64,000 nt of DNA from a candidate division WWE3 bacterium (GTDB taxonomy: Bacteria > Patescibacteriota > 4484-211 > GCA-002791395). The notes below the pieces were generated by a model. It was not told the DNA's origin. It made no database searches and worked only from the letters and a program-made list of their open reading frames with translations. The stretch lies in assembly GCA_013335095.1 (NCBI GenBank), contig JAAXWF010000002.1, positions 80,516 to 144,515 on the forward strand, read 5' to 3'. Numbering within the stretch: position 1 is the stretch's first letter; every line of letters starts with the position of its first letter. Positions 50,809 through 59,923 of this stretch are shown here, piece after piece. A program made the translations under genes and the position numbers.

Positions 50809-51450
50809 TTACTTTTTTACCGTAGGAGTTGGAGAGGGCACGCTTTGCATAAATGAATTGATGTTTTTCAAAACGTCATCAATAGATCCAGAGGAACTTC
50901 CAACGATAGGGGTCGGGGAGATCGAATTCTTCGTAGAACTTTTTAATGGATATTTTGATGCAAAATAACCTAAATCATACACATCAATCTTTTTATTATC
51001 ATCAAAATCAGCTGCAGTGAACGTTGAATCTGGATTGGCTGATTCGGACTTATCATAATACGAGGCAAATAAGCCAACGTCATAAACATCAATTTCGCCA
51101 TCTCCATCAATATCCCCAGTTCCTTTTAACTCACTTCCAGCATCACCAGATGGTGTCGGAGTTAATGACGCTGCCGAAGATTCTTTTTTAGGAAACAATG
51201 TGTCTAGCTGGGTATTAATGAATGGTGCAACAGCCGCTATGGTTACGGCGAGACCAATCGTCGTTATTGAAATAACCATTGGAATACCAGTAAATTTTAT
51301 TTCACTTAACTTAGAAAAAGTCCGCAAAAATTTTTTATCCTTAGTGGGGTAAATCGGAGCATCATCGAGTGGCTGTGCATTAAAAAGATCAAGGGATTCA
51401 TTATTGGCCTGATTAATCCACAAGCTATTATTTGTATTATTATCCTGCAT
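50809..51450 (-). CDS. Single-TM protein with a dockerin-like (double EF-hand) module
   Basis: TM then LFPKKESSA; GDIDGDGEIDVYDVG and ADFDDNKKIDVYDLG. Confidence 0.75.
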   Translation of the reverse strand: MQDNNTNNSLWINQANNESLDLFNAQPLDDAPIYPTKDKKFLRTFSKLSEIKFTGIPMVISITTIGLAVTIAAVAPFINTQLDTLFPKKESSAASLTPTPSGDAGSELKGTGDIDGDGEIDVYDVGLFASYYDKSESANPDSTFTAADFDDNKKIDVYDLGYFASKYPLKSSTKNSISPTPIVGSSSGSIDDVLKNINSFMQSVPSPTPTVKK

Positions 51451-51619
51451 AGAATGATCATATTAAGACAATGTTTTACCTTTTTGTCAACGTAATACAA
51501 TCTCCCCAACCAAAAGACCCAATACGTTTTACTATAAGCAGTTCTTTTGATATTATATACCCACGGTTTCAAACCTTTTATGGAAGCCTCAATAGAGGCT
51601 CAAAAGAAAGGACCAGCGT

Positions 51620-52084
51620 ATGCCTGGGATTATCATCCCTCAGGTGGAGCAGATGGACGGCGACGACATTGTCGAGCATTGTCGGGCTGGTGATCTCTTG
51701 GGCGACATCGTCTCGGCAATCGCCCATATGGACCAGGGCGGCTATGGTCCGATTAATTCAGAAATGGGCTGTGGAATCGCCATCAGTGTGATTCCACCGT
51801 TCATTGCTCACAACGTGGAATTGTATCGGGTGTACCGTCTGGTGATGTTCGGGCCAAAACGCAAAATCGGCATCTTAGCCGAATACCAGGCCACCATCGC
51901 TGGCTCGGGCGATAAGCCTGGACCGTTCCCCGGTCTCACCGAGGGTCGGCGGTTCTTCAGTGGTATCAGCCTGGGACTCAGCTCAGGTGTCTCCCTGGAG
52001 ATGGGTGCCGAGCGATTCATGTCAATCGCACACATCGCGAGGGACGCCATCGCCCAGGCATCCCAACGCCTTGGCATTGATTAG
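51620..52084 (+). CDS. Hypothetical protein (GC-rich orphan)
   Basis: AAGGA SD preceded by the hairpin AGCCTC-aata-GAGGCT; perfect terminator downstream. Confidence 0.65.
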   Translation: MPGIIIPQVEQMDGDDIVEHCRAGDLLGDIVSAIAHMDQGGYGPINSEMGCGIAISVIPPFIAHNVELYRVYRLVMFGPKRKIGILAEYQATIAGSGDKPGPFPGLTEGRRFFSGISLGLSSGVSLEMGAERFMSIAHIARDAIAQASQRLGID

Positions 52085-52106
52085 CTAGTGCTTGTCGGCA
52101 TATCTT

Positions 52107-52137
52107 CCGGGTAACAGAAATGTTACCCGGCTTATTA
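52107..52137 (+). terminator. Rho-independent terminator
   Basis: CCGGGTAACA-GAAA-TGTTACCCGG perfect 10-bp stem, then CTTATT. Confidence 0.8.
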
Positions 52138-52150
52138 AATAACTCCAATC

Positions 52151-52179
52151 TTGACAAAGATCAACCAAACAGCAATAGT
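52151..52179 (+). promoter_or_regulatory. sigma70-type promoter of the SBP-HK pair
   Basis: TTGACA-17 nt-AATAGT, 6 nt before ATG 52186. Confidence 0.55.
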
Positions 52180-52185
52180 AAGTGT

Positions 52186-53097
52186 ATGGAAAATGTGCCG
52201 ATTTCGGACACTCAGCCGCAAACACTTCCTCAAACGAGTCAAGTACCATCACAAACAGTACCATCACAAACAGTACCATCGAAACCAAATGTTTTTAAAT
52301 TCACTTTATGGCTTATACCTGCATTGATTATTATTTTAGTAGTTGGTATCTTTTGGGCATTACAAATATTCAAGCAACAAACAGATATTAAAGACACAAG
52401 CAGTGTCGGTCCCCATATAGCTGAGATAAAACAACGAGGAACCTTATTGATTGGAACAGATGCAACATTTCCTCCAATGGAATACCTTGATGATACCAAT
52501 GTACTGACTGGTTATGATATTGATTTCGGCAATCGAATAGCTGCGGAGCTCGGGGTTACGGCAGAATTTAAAAATATTGTTTGGGACGATTTATTCCTGG
52601 CACTCGAAAATAAAGAGATTGATGTAATAATTTCCAGCGTAACTATTACCGATGAACGAAAAAATCTCTATTCATTTTCAGAACCATATATTAATGCCGG
52701 TCAAGTCATTATTACCCAAAAGACGAATAGCACGATTAGCAGAACAAGTGATCTGAATGGTAAAAAAATCGGAGTACAAAAAGAAACAACCAACGAGCAA
52801 GAAGCAATAAAATATACTCCCGATAAATATGTTGTTCGTTACGATGATTTCCAGGCCGCTACGCAGGCATTGATTGATGGCGCAGTTGATGCAATCTTTT
52901 CTGACTTAACAAATGCCAAAGGAATCGTTAAATCATATCCAGATCTTAAGATTGCAAGTGACCCATTCACCTCTGAGTTCTATGGAATCGTTATGCGTCA
53001 AAATGAAGAAGACCTTGGTACTGAACTAGATCGGGCCGTTGGACTATTACAACAAAGAGGTATTTTGACACTCCTCAAACAAAAGTGGCTCGACTAA
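52186..53097 (+). CDS. Polar amino-acid substrate-binding protein (SBP family 3), N-terminally membrane anchored
   Basis: LLIGTDATFPPMEY, GYDID, TITDERK, FSEPY, GKKIGVQ, YGI; TM before the domain. Confidence 0.9.
   Translation: MENVPISDTQPQTLPQTSQVPSQTVPSQTVPSKPNVFKFTLWLIPALIIILVVGIFWALQIFKQQTDIKDTSSVGPHIAEIKQRGTLLIGTDATFPPMEYLDDTNVLTGYDIDFGNRIAAELGVTAEFKNIVWDDLFLALENKEIDVIISSVTITDERKNLYSFSEPYINAGQVIITQKTNSTISRTSDLNGKKIGVQKETTNEQEAIKYTPDKYVVRYDDFQAATQALIDGAVDAIFSDLTNAKGIVKSYPDLKIASDPFTSEFYGIVMRQNEEDLGTELDRAVGLLQQRGILTLLKQKWLD
52242..52280 (+). repeat. 15-bp in-frame tandem repeat (VPSQT, ~2.6 copies)
   Basis: AGTACCATCACAAAC twice plus AGTACCATC. Confidence 0.85.
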
Positions 53098-53109
53098 AAC
53101 CACTCGCCC

Positions 53110-55272
53110 ATGAAACTTAGCATTCGTTCAAAATTAATTATCGGTTTTACAACCGTATTATTTTTATCATTTCTTGTTCAAACCGTATTGTTTAATATGG
53201 TCGAGAATTACATATTCTTGCAAGTTAAAGATATACAGCATGAAAAGGTAGAAGAAACCGCCTATCAAGTTAATGACTTCATCACCACAACTCATCTTCG
53301 ACTACTCGCACTAGGGCAGCAGTATGCTCAATATGAACAAAACGCATCGTCGACAGAATTCATCATGCTTGCGAAGCTAGCGATGTCGGAGCTTGACTAT
53401 ATTGAACAAATCTCGGTCTTATCGCCCGCAGGTAGGGAACTAGTCAAATTAGATAAATATACGGTCGCACAATCTGATGACCTTACTTTCGAAATTCCGA
53501 CCACACCATTCCAGTCTGCTCTTAAAGGAGAAGCAGATGTCTCAAAAGTCTACTTTCCGCAGGGGAGTTCAGTTGCGACGATTAACTTTTACACACCAAT
53601 AATATCTCCCGACAAAAAGATTATCGGAGTCATCCAAGCTCAAATAAAACTCACTCGGGTACAAAATATAATTGAACAAGATCAGTTTGGCGCTGACGGT
53701 ATTGCATATTTACTCGATGATGAAGGTCGATTAATTGCCCACCCTGATACTACTTTAGTAGCCGATGCTCCTAACTTTTCAACCCGTAAATTGATCTACT
53801 CATATTTGTTTGGCGATCCGGACACCCTAACAAATGATGATTATTTTTATGTGAATCAAAAAGACAAACGAGTATTTGCTCAGGCGATACGACTACCGGA
53901 TACAAAATGGCTCATGGTAGTAGAACAACCCGACACTGAAGCATTTTCTTTTCTAAACTTCATACGAACATTCTTTTATACAACAGGCGCAGGCTCAGCC
54001 GTATTGCTCATTGTTATTTCTTTATTCTTAAGCCGGAATATTTCAAGCCCAATACTTAAATTGCGTGAATGGACCAAGGCGATCACTCAGCGTAACTATA
54101 ATAGCGAACCGAATATACAAAGCGGAGATGAAATAGAAAATTTAGCTGCTTCGTTTAAACAAATGACTCAAGAAATTCGATCACGAGAACATAAAATCGA
54201 AACAGAAAAACAACAAATGGAGCGATTATTAGAATCAATGACCGAAGGGGTGATAGCGATAAATGCCAAAGGTACAATACTTCTGTTTAACCGAGCGGTT
54301 ACCTCGATCACGGGAATAACATCAAAAGATGCAATTGGTAAGCACATTGATAAGGTTATTCAATTATTTGCCGATACTGACCAAGTTCGATTATCAATTT
54401 ACTCAGAACTACCTGATCAATTAAAGAATGAATATGAAGAAAAGGGATTGTATATTTATACTCTCCGGGGAAGAATTACTGTTTCGGTAAAGGTTGCACC
54501 AGTCCAATTTGATGAACCAGACAGCAACGGGTGGATATTAACCATACACGACATCACCATGACTCAAAAGCTAGAAGAAATGAAATTGGATTTCGTCGCC
54601 ATGGCCGCGCATGAATTGCGAACCCCGTTAACCGCAATCCGGGGATACTTAGACATACTATCAGAAGATCTCAAAGATCGGCTGAGTGATCAGGAAAAAA
54701 TGTTCTTAAGTAGAACCACATTGAGTGCAGCAGAATTAGCCTCATTAGTTGAAAACCTATTAACCGTATCACGAATAGAAAAAGGTAATATGTCTCTTGA
54801 TCTAAAGCTCTATTCGCTTGAAGAAGTTGTTGGTCAGGTATGTAACAATTCAATGGATTTATCAAAAGAAAAAGGTATTACATTAACCCTCGTACCACCA
54901 ACGCAACCGATACCTCAAATTTACATGGATAGATTTAGGATAGCCGAAGTGATTAGTAATCTAGTCTCAAACGGAATAAGCTACACCCAGCCAGGAGGAA
55001 AAGTGACAATCGAGATGTCATCAGCAGATGGATATGTCATGGTTAAAGTCTGTGACACTGGCCAAGGCATCCCCGCAGAAGCTATTCCTCATTTATTTAC
55101 TAAATTCTATCGAGTATCACGAACCTTGGAACAAGGTTCAAAGGGAACCGGATTAGGGCTATTCATTTCAAAAGCAATAATAAAGGCTCACAAGGGCTCA
55201 ATTTGGGTAGAAAGCAAAGTTAAACAGGGAACATCATTCACGTTTAAACTTCCACTCGATCCAAGAAATTAA
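53110..55272 (+). CDS. Sensor histidine kinase (dCache-HAMP-PAS-HisKA-HATPase)
   Basis: AYLLDDEGRLIAHP, GDEIENLA, EGVIAIN, AAHELRTPL, NLVSNGISY, DTGQGI, GTGLGL. Confidence 0.95.
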   Translation: MKLSIRSKLIIGFTTVLFLSFLVQTVLFNMVENYIFLQVKDIQHEKVEETAYQVNDFITTTHLRLLALGQQYAQYEQNASSTEFIMLAKLAMSELDYIEQISVLSPAGRELVKLDKYTVAQSDDLTFEIPTTPFQSALKGEADVSKVYFPQGSSVATINFYTPIISPDKKIIGVIQAQIKLTRVQNIIEQDQFGADGIAYLLDDEGRLIAHPDTTLVADAPNFSTRKLIYSYLFGDPDTLTNDDYFYVNQKDKRVFAQAIRLPDTKWLMVVEQPDTEAFSFLNFIRTFFYTTGAGSAVLLIVISLFLSRNISSPILKLREWTKAITQRNYNSEPNIQSGDEIENLAASFKQMTQEIRSREHKIETEKQQMERLLESMTEGVIAINAKGTILLFNRAVTSITGITSKDAIGKHIDKVIQLFADTDQVRLSIYSELPDQLKNEYEEKGLYIYTLRGRITVSVKVAPVQFDEPDSNGWILTIHDITMTQKLEEMKLDFVAMAAHELRTPLTAIRGYLDILSEDLKDRLSDQEKMFLSRTTLSAAELASLVENLLTVSRIEKGNMSLDLKLYSLEEVVGQVCNNSMDLSKEKGITLTLVPPTQPIPQIYMDRFRIAEVISNLVSNGISYTQPGGKVTIEMSSADGYVMVKVCDTGQGIPAEAIPHLFTKFYRVSRTLEQGSKGTGLGLFISKAIIKAHKGSIWVESKVKQGTSFTFKLPLDPRN

Positions 55273-55279
55273 ATATAAA

Positions 55280-55618
55280 TTACTCAGTTAAGGGTATACA
55301 TTGACCAGAAGCATCTGGATAGTTATTTTCAAGTTGGCACATATATCCTATCGGGCATTGAATATTAGCAATGCCACCACACATAAACTCACGAGGAACT
55401 GGGATGCTATCTATATCTGTAGGTTCAGGATTTTGAGTTATATAGATTGGGAAGGGGGTCGCAGTAATTGAAATATAATGATCTGAGGGTGTTGGAGTAG
55501 GAGAAGTTACATTAGTTTGTTGATTCTTGTGCCATAGCCACCAAGCGCCGCTCAACAAGCCTAAAATCATAATCGCAATTAATAAATGCACAAAAGTATA
55601 TCCACGATTATTGCCCAT
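55280..55618 (-). CDS. Small pilin-like exported protein with Cys-rich C-terminus
   Basis: RG|YTFVHLLIAI signal, PT linker, CGGIANIQCPIGYMC...PDASGQC. Confidence 0.7.
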   Translation of the reverse strand: MGNNRGYTFVHLLIAIMILGLLSGAWWLWHKNQQTNVTSPTPTPSDHYISITATPFPIYITQNPEPTDIDSIPVPREFMCGGIANIQCPIGYMCQLENNYPDASGQCIPLTE

Positions 55619-55657
55619 ACATTGAAGTTAACACGAATCTAAAATTTGAACAAGCAT

Positions 55658-55694
55658 AAAAGAGGTCTTCTGCCGCTAACGTGCGACAGAAGAC
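55658..55694 (-). terminator. Terminator of the methyltransferase gene
   Basis: GTCTTCTGTCGC-6 nt-GCGGCAGAAGAC then CTCTTTT. Confidence 0.75.
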
Positions 55695-55730
55695 TGTTAA
55701 TTCAACAATATGGAACGGCCACTGACATTC

Positions 55731-56546
55731 TCATGTCCGTTGACACAAGAATAGCATCTTCATGCCGTGGCCGGTACCAAATGGGGTGCCGTCATAATCA
55801 GACCAGCGATCGATAATCGTAAACCCTGCATCTGCTAGAAGAAGTTCCCATTCAGCCGGGAAGATCATCCGCATCGTTGTTTGGGAGCGATAACACCGAT
55901 TGGCAATAAGCCGGCCAATAGCATCATAAAAGTTGTAGAAGTACGTTACTTCGAGCAACTGTGTCGCAGGATGATAGCGAGTAGTGTAGCTACGTACTAG
56001 ATTATAGCCATCCGCAAGCTGAGCCTCGCGCTCAATGATAGGAGCATGCCGAGTAAGGCCATGGGCTAACTTTGCCGGATCGGGTAAAAACACATCAGCC
56101 ACAAAGTGGCCACCAACCTGCAGATGGTTGTGACAGTTATGTAATGCGGCGCGCTGGTCGTGTGTAGTGAGCAGGTGCGCGAAGCTATGAAACGGGACAA
56201 GGACGAGGTTATATCGCTCGATACCTGCATTGACCGTGCGCATATCACCTTCTATCAACTGCAATTGTGATTGTAGGCTCGGGTCCTCGGCGGCTACTTT
56301 CGCACTTGCCCGAGAAAGCATATCTGGTGATAAATCAACACCAGTGACCCAATACCCAAGCTGCATTGCCTGCCAAGCGATGGGCAAGGTTATACGTCCG
56401 GTTCCGCACGCCATTTCAAGTACATGACCTCCCCGCGCATACATCCGGCAAAGACGTTTACTCCAGGCGATATCCGCTGTTAGATCCGCATATTCCGCAT
56501 CGTAATCAGGCGCATGTCGATAGAAATCGACGACCGAAGTGTCCAT
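55731..56546 (-). CDS. Class I SAM-dependent methyltransferase
   Basis: VLEMACGTGR, GVDLSPDML, EGDMR, HLQVGG; GGAGGTG SD. Confidence 0.92.
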   Translation of the reverse strand: MDTSVVDFYRHAPDYDAEYADLTADIAWSKRLCRMYARGGHVLEMACGTGRITLPIAWQAMQLGYWVTGVDLSPDMLSRASAKVAAEDPSLQSQLQLIEGDMRTVNAGIERYNLVLVPFHSFAHLLTTHDQRAALHNCHNHLQVGGHFVADVFLPDPAKLAHGLTRHAPIIEREAQLADGYNLVRSYTTRYHPATQLLEVTYFYNFYDAIGRLIANRCYRSQTTMRMIFPAEWELLLADAGFTIIDRWSDYDGTPFGTGHGMKMLFLCQRT

Positions 56547-56657
56547 AGGTCCACCTCCATGGATCAGATAAGAAACGTCCGGACTATGCTAGCATACTTA
56601 ACACAGCAACGCAACCCATAGTAAATTTTTATTAATCCGTATGATATGCTTAAAGCA

Positions 56658-57155
56658 ATGAAGTTTAAAAACTTAAACATGGACTATGCCAGAAGTATCA
56701 CGTTTGGATTCGAAGATGCGTTAGTGTCAACTACTGGAGTTGTAGTTGGAATCGCAGTTGGTACAGCTCAAAGAGATGTGATAATCTTGGCTGGAATTGT
56801 CACCATAGCTGTAGAAGCCCTTTCGATGGGGGCCGGCCAATACCTTAGCGAACGAACAGTACACCAGATGGATGTAAATCACACTCATACCGATAGTTTA
56901 TATCTCGGAGCAATCTTTATGTTTCTTGCCTATATGATTGGTGGAATGGTTCCACTATTTCCGATGTTTGTTATGCCGTTTCCGTCGGCAATCTATGCAA
57001 CAGTTATTTCTGCATTTATTGGACTTTTCCTATTAGGTTATGTAAAAGGAGCGATTATTGGAGTACCTAAGTTAAAAAGTGCTCTTGAGATATTTGTTGT
57101 AGGTGGAATGGCAACCATACTTGGATTAGTTGTCGGGTTATTATTAAAGATTTAA
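56658..57155 (+). CDS. VIT1/CCC1 family Fe/Mn transporter
   Basis: FGFEDALVS, EALSMGAGQYLSE, GGMVPL.P; start ATG 56658 with TGaTATGCT 7 nt upstream. Confidence 0.9.
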   Translation: MKFKNLNMDYARSITFGFEDALVSTTGVVVGIAVGTAQRDVIILAGIVTIAVEALSMGAGQYLSERTVHQMDVNHTHTDSLYLGAIFMFLAYMIGGMVPLFPMFVMPFPSAIYATVISAFIGLFLLGYVKGAIIGVPKLKSALEIFVVGGMATILGLVVGLLLKI

Positions 57156-57162
57156 AAGTAAT

Positions 57163-57190
57163 AAAAAGCGGGGAGTAGAGTACCCCCCGC
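57163..57190 (-). terminator. Terminator of the flotillin-like gene
   Basis: GCGGGGGGTA-ctc-TACTCCCCGC then TTTTT on the minus strand. Confidence 0.8.
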
Positions 57191-57211
57191 CCGTCAATCC
57201 CGATAGTATAG

Positions 57212-59239
57212 CTACTTCGCTACAACCGGAATTGTTTGAATGTCGACTGAACGATTTGAGCCGTTTTCGTTCAGATTGAGTCCGAGCAACGACAGAATCC
57301 CTCCAATTGGAATTGAACCAATCAGTTGGAAGTTTGCCCGCTCACGAATCCGATTTATCGCCGAAACGACATCGGTCTCACCCTGCATAAGCTGTTCGAC
57401 CTGCTCCAAGGCATCAGCCAGGCTGAGATTCGAGAATACCCTTGGATCAATCTCACCAAGAACACCCCGTACCCGAGCCATGATCGAGACAAGACTCGAC
57501 CAAAGTTCGGTCGATTCAGGACTACCTCCACTACCAAAAAGATTACCGATTACTGGGATTTCATGCCCAACAACCGAAGCACCTTCGGATAGTGAAAGCA
57601 GCTGATTAATCAGCTGACTCATCTGACCGCCATTACCAAACAGCCTGACGTCCAGCTGAGGAGCCAGAGCTTTGAACGCCTCAAGTCGGGTTTCAGCCTG
57701 TAGCCGTGCCAGTTCGAGCTGAAGCGTATGATCCATACGAATCCGCTCAAGATCGACCAGTACGGGAGCCTCGGCGTATAGAGTAGCCAAGAGCCGCTGA
57801 GCTTCGATACTAGCGGCTTGCCTCGCCCTGTCGATCTCGACCTGGGCAAGACCTTCGGCACGAACGACCTCAACGCGCTTCTGGTCTACCGCGACCTGAG
57901 CTGCAGCAATTTCGGCAGCAGCCAAGCCTGATGCAGCTTCACGTGCTCGAGTTGCATTAGCCTCAACCAACGCAGCCTGTGCGGTGATCGTTGCCGATTC
58001 AGCCTGCGCGCGTGCCTGAGCAAGCTGAGCCTCAGTTTGTGCTCGAGTTGTAATACTCTGAGCCACGGCTTGTGATTCAGCGGCAATCCGCTCTGTTTCG
58101 GCGGCACTACCAGCAGAAATTAGCCGGACTTCTTTCTCACGCTCGGCAGCGGCTAAATCGCGTTGCCGGTCAATTGCAGTCTGCGCAGTTGTAGCTTCGC
58201 TCTGAAGCTGGATTTGAGCTGTTTGAACAGCCCGGTCCTTTTCAGCATCAGCTACGGCGCGACTCCGCGCGAGTTCAATATCTCGAGTCTGCTGAGCTGT
58301 AAGTCGCTCACCATCGAGGGCTATTTGAGCAAGCGCAGCGGAATGCTCACGCTGAGCGACGGTTTGATCACGTTCAACCTGAGCCAGGCGCAACTGGTGA
58401 GTTGCGGCGGCCAATGATTCTCGTTGATCATTCGTTGCCGTCTCAACATCGCGTTGAGTACGAAGCTCTCGCTGTTTAACATCCAGCGTTGTAGCCGTAG
58501 TCAATTCAGACTCACGGCGTGTTCTGGCATTATCGTCCTCAATGCGTGTTAATTCAGCGGCATTGATACCGATGGTCGTCTGAGCAGTAACCTCAGCCGT
58601 CGCTTGTCGAACGATTTGATCGTAGGCGTCACCGGCTAACCGGATTACACGCAAAAACGCCAAATCATAACCAAGCTCGGCCAGAGTCGTATTGACCCGG
58701 TCGGTCGCAACATCACCAAGACGTTGCATATTCGCAATAATCTCGTCGAGGGACATCGAGGCAGCCGCAACAATCAGCTGAGTCGTTGTTTCGGAGATAA
58801 TCGAGTGTACAAGACCCGACACGTCCGTACCGACACGCTGAGCAGCCACCAAGGCCTTTGACGAATCCAATTTAGCTTCGACATGAGCCCAGGCCCTAAA
58901 AGAGACCCGGTGCTTATCGAGGAGCTCAATGCCTCGCTCACCTTCACCAGAAATCTCAACGGTAAAGCTGTATGTTCGAAGCTTTACCACCTGAGCATTG
59001 GCGTTAAGCCAATAGATTGATGGCGCACCAGCGGTCTGACCGAATACGCTGGTTTCTTTACTCGGTGCCCAACTGTGAATCCCGTGGCCTACAACCACAT
59101 GGACTTCATCGGGCCGAACAATTACTCGATTACCAAAGCCAAATATGCGCCAAAATCCGCGCACGCGATCGGCTTCGGTCGAAAGAGAGGCCATAACTTC
59201 GGTGACCGACTGACCACGCCCACCCTGTGACGTATTCAC
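57212..59239 (-). CDS. Flotillin-like SPFH-domain protein with long Ala/Glu/Gln coiled coil
   Basis: IVRPDEVHVVVG, SMSLDEII, LAELGYDL, extended AEA/AQA repeats, RAEGLA; AAGGAG SD 8 nt before GTG 59239. Confidence 0.8.
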   Translation of the reverse strand: MNTSQGGRGQSVTEVMASLSTEADRVRGFWRIFGFGNRVIVRPDEVHVVVGHGIHSWAPSKETSVFGQTAGAPSIYWLNANAQVVKLRTYSFTVEISGEGERGIELLDKHRVSFRAWAHVEAKLDSSKALVAAQRVGTDVSGLVHSIISETTTQLIVAAASMSLDEIIANMQRLGDVATDRVNTTLAELGYDLAFLRVIRLAGDAYDQIVRQATAEVTAQTTIGINAAELTRIEDDNARTRRESELTTATTLDVKQRELRTQRDVETATNDQRESLAAATHQLRLAQVERDQTVAQREHSAALAQIALDGERLTAQQTRDIELARSRAVADAEKDRAVQTAQIQLQSEATTAQTAIDRQRDLAAAEREKEVRLISAGSAAETERIAAESQAVAQSITTRAQTEAQLAQARAQAESATITAQAALVEANATRAREAASGLAAAEIAAAQVAVDQKRVEVVRAEGLAQVEIDRARQAASIEAQRLLATLYAEAPVLVDLERIRMDHTLQLELARLQAETRLEAFKALAPQLDVRLFGNGGQMSQLINQLLSLSEGASVVGHEIPVIGNLFGSGGSPESTELWSSLVSIMARVRGVLGEIDPRVFSNLSLADALEQVEQLMQGETDVVSAINRIRERANFQLIGSIPIGGILSLLGLNLNENGSNRSVDIQTIPVVAK

Positions 59240-59249
59240 GAATGATGCT

Positions 59250-59356
59250 CCTTCACTGTACGAATACACGCTCCATAACGATTAAGCTCACGTTATGATG
59301 ATGCGATAGGCATCTCCTGATGGATTAATCAACACAGCCGCGATTGGCTATGAAGG
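59250..59356 (-). ncRNA. Candidate structured cis-regulatory 5' leader
   Basis: Five small hairpins enclosed by a CCUUCA/UGAAGG stem that covers the SD. Confidence 0.4.
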
Positions 59357-59364
59357 TCGTCGCA

Positions 59365-59392
59365 ATTATAATTGAAATAAACCTAATGTCAA
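59365..59392 (-). promoter_or_regulatory. Consensus sigma70 promoter of the flotillin-like gene
   Basis: TTGACA-16 nt-TATAAT. Confidence 0.75.
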
Positions 59393-59428
59393 AATTTATA
59401 AGATATAGTTAAAAATAGAGTAAAGATA

Positions 59429-59923
59429 CTAACGCTTCAAGCTAAAATACGCAATCAACCGATAATTATCGCCTTCTTTAAAATAACTCTTTCCGATCAG
59501 AGCGTTCTCGTCTATCTGAACGACTTCATCTATCGCAGGATGAAAAATTTGAGGATCGGGGATTGGATCGTACGTTAGTTTTAGTACGTCCATGTCATTC
59601 TCAATAGACCGTTCAACTGCATATTTAAACGGCCAAACATGGATACCAGCAGCATCAATCTTAGGTTTAATTTTATGCCCGAATACCCGAAGCAAAGATA
59701 GATACGAAGTAGATATGACATTATCCCCGGAGGATGTTGAACTATCGAACACTACACCCTTCCACGGACTCCAGAGAGTAGTTAGTGGATCACCGATCTT
59801 TTCATAAATAGTTTTTGGGATAAGTAATGCAATTTGACTTTTAAAATACCCATCAACACGATCGGGAACGGATCCAGTTTGAAAAGCCCGTTCGAGAAAA
59901 CCGATTTCCGAAAGTCCAGCCAT
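59429..59923 (-). CDS. Conserved hypothetical protein (PWKGxxF...DEV...GK type)
   Basis: 164 aa ORF, TACAAT 6 nt upstream; resembles a small beta-barrel family of unknown function. Confidence 0.65.
   Translation of the reverse strand: MAGLSEIGFLERAFQTGSVPDRVDGYFKSQIALLIPKTIYEKIGDPLTTLWSPWKGVVFDSSTSSGDNVISTSYLSLLRVFGHKIKPKIDAAGIHVWPFKYAVERSIENDMDVLKLTYDPIPDPQIFHPAIDEVVQIDENALIGKSYFKEGDNYRLIAYFSLKR

Noticed and set aside
52242-52280. CRISPR-like repeat
   Set aside because: In-frame 15-bp tandem coding repeat with no spacers and no cas genes
57168-57205. GGGGAGTAG...CGTCAAT beside the VIT1 gene resembles a yybP-ykoY Mn riboswitch
   Set aside because: It lies downstream of VIT1, lacks the 3' GAGACC half, and is fully explained as the minus-strand terminator of the flotillin-like gene
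59293-59313. uORF MPIASS* in the flotillin leader
   Set aside because: AGGAG abuts the ATG with no spacer, so efficient initiation is unlikely; no regulatory codon pattern
38480-59392. Integron cassettes or IS-derived insertions for the GC-rich orphan genes
   Set aside because: Genes are dispersed; flanking hairpins share no sequence and lack attC R'/R'' boxes; no integrase, transposase or target-site duplication seen
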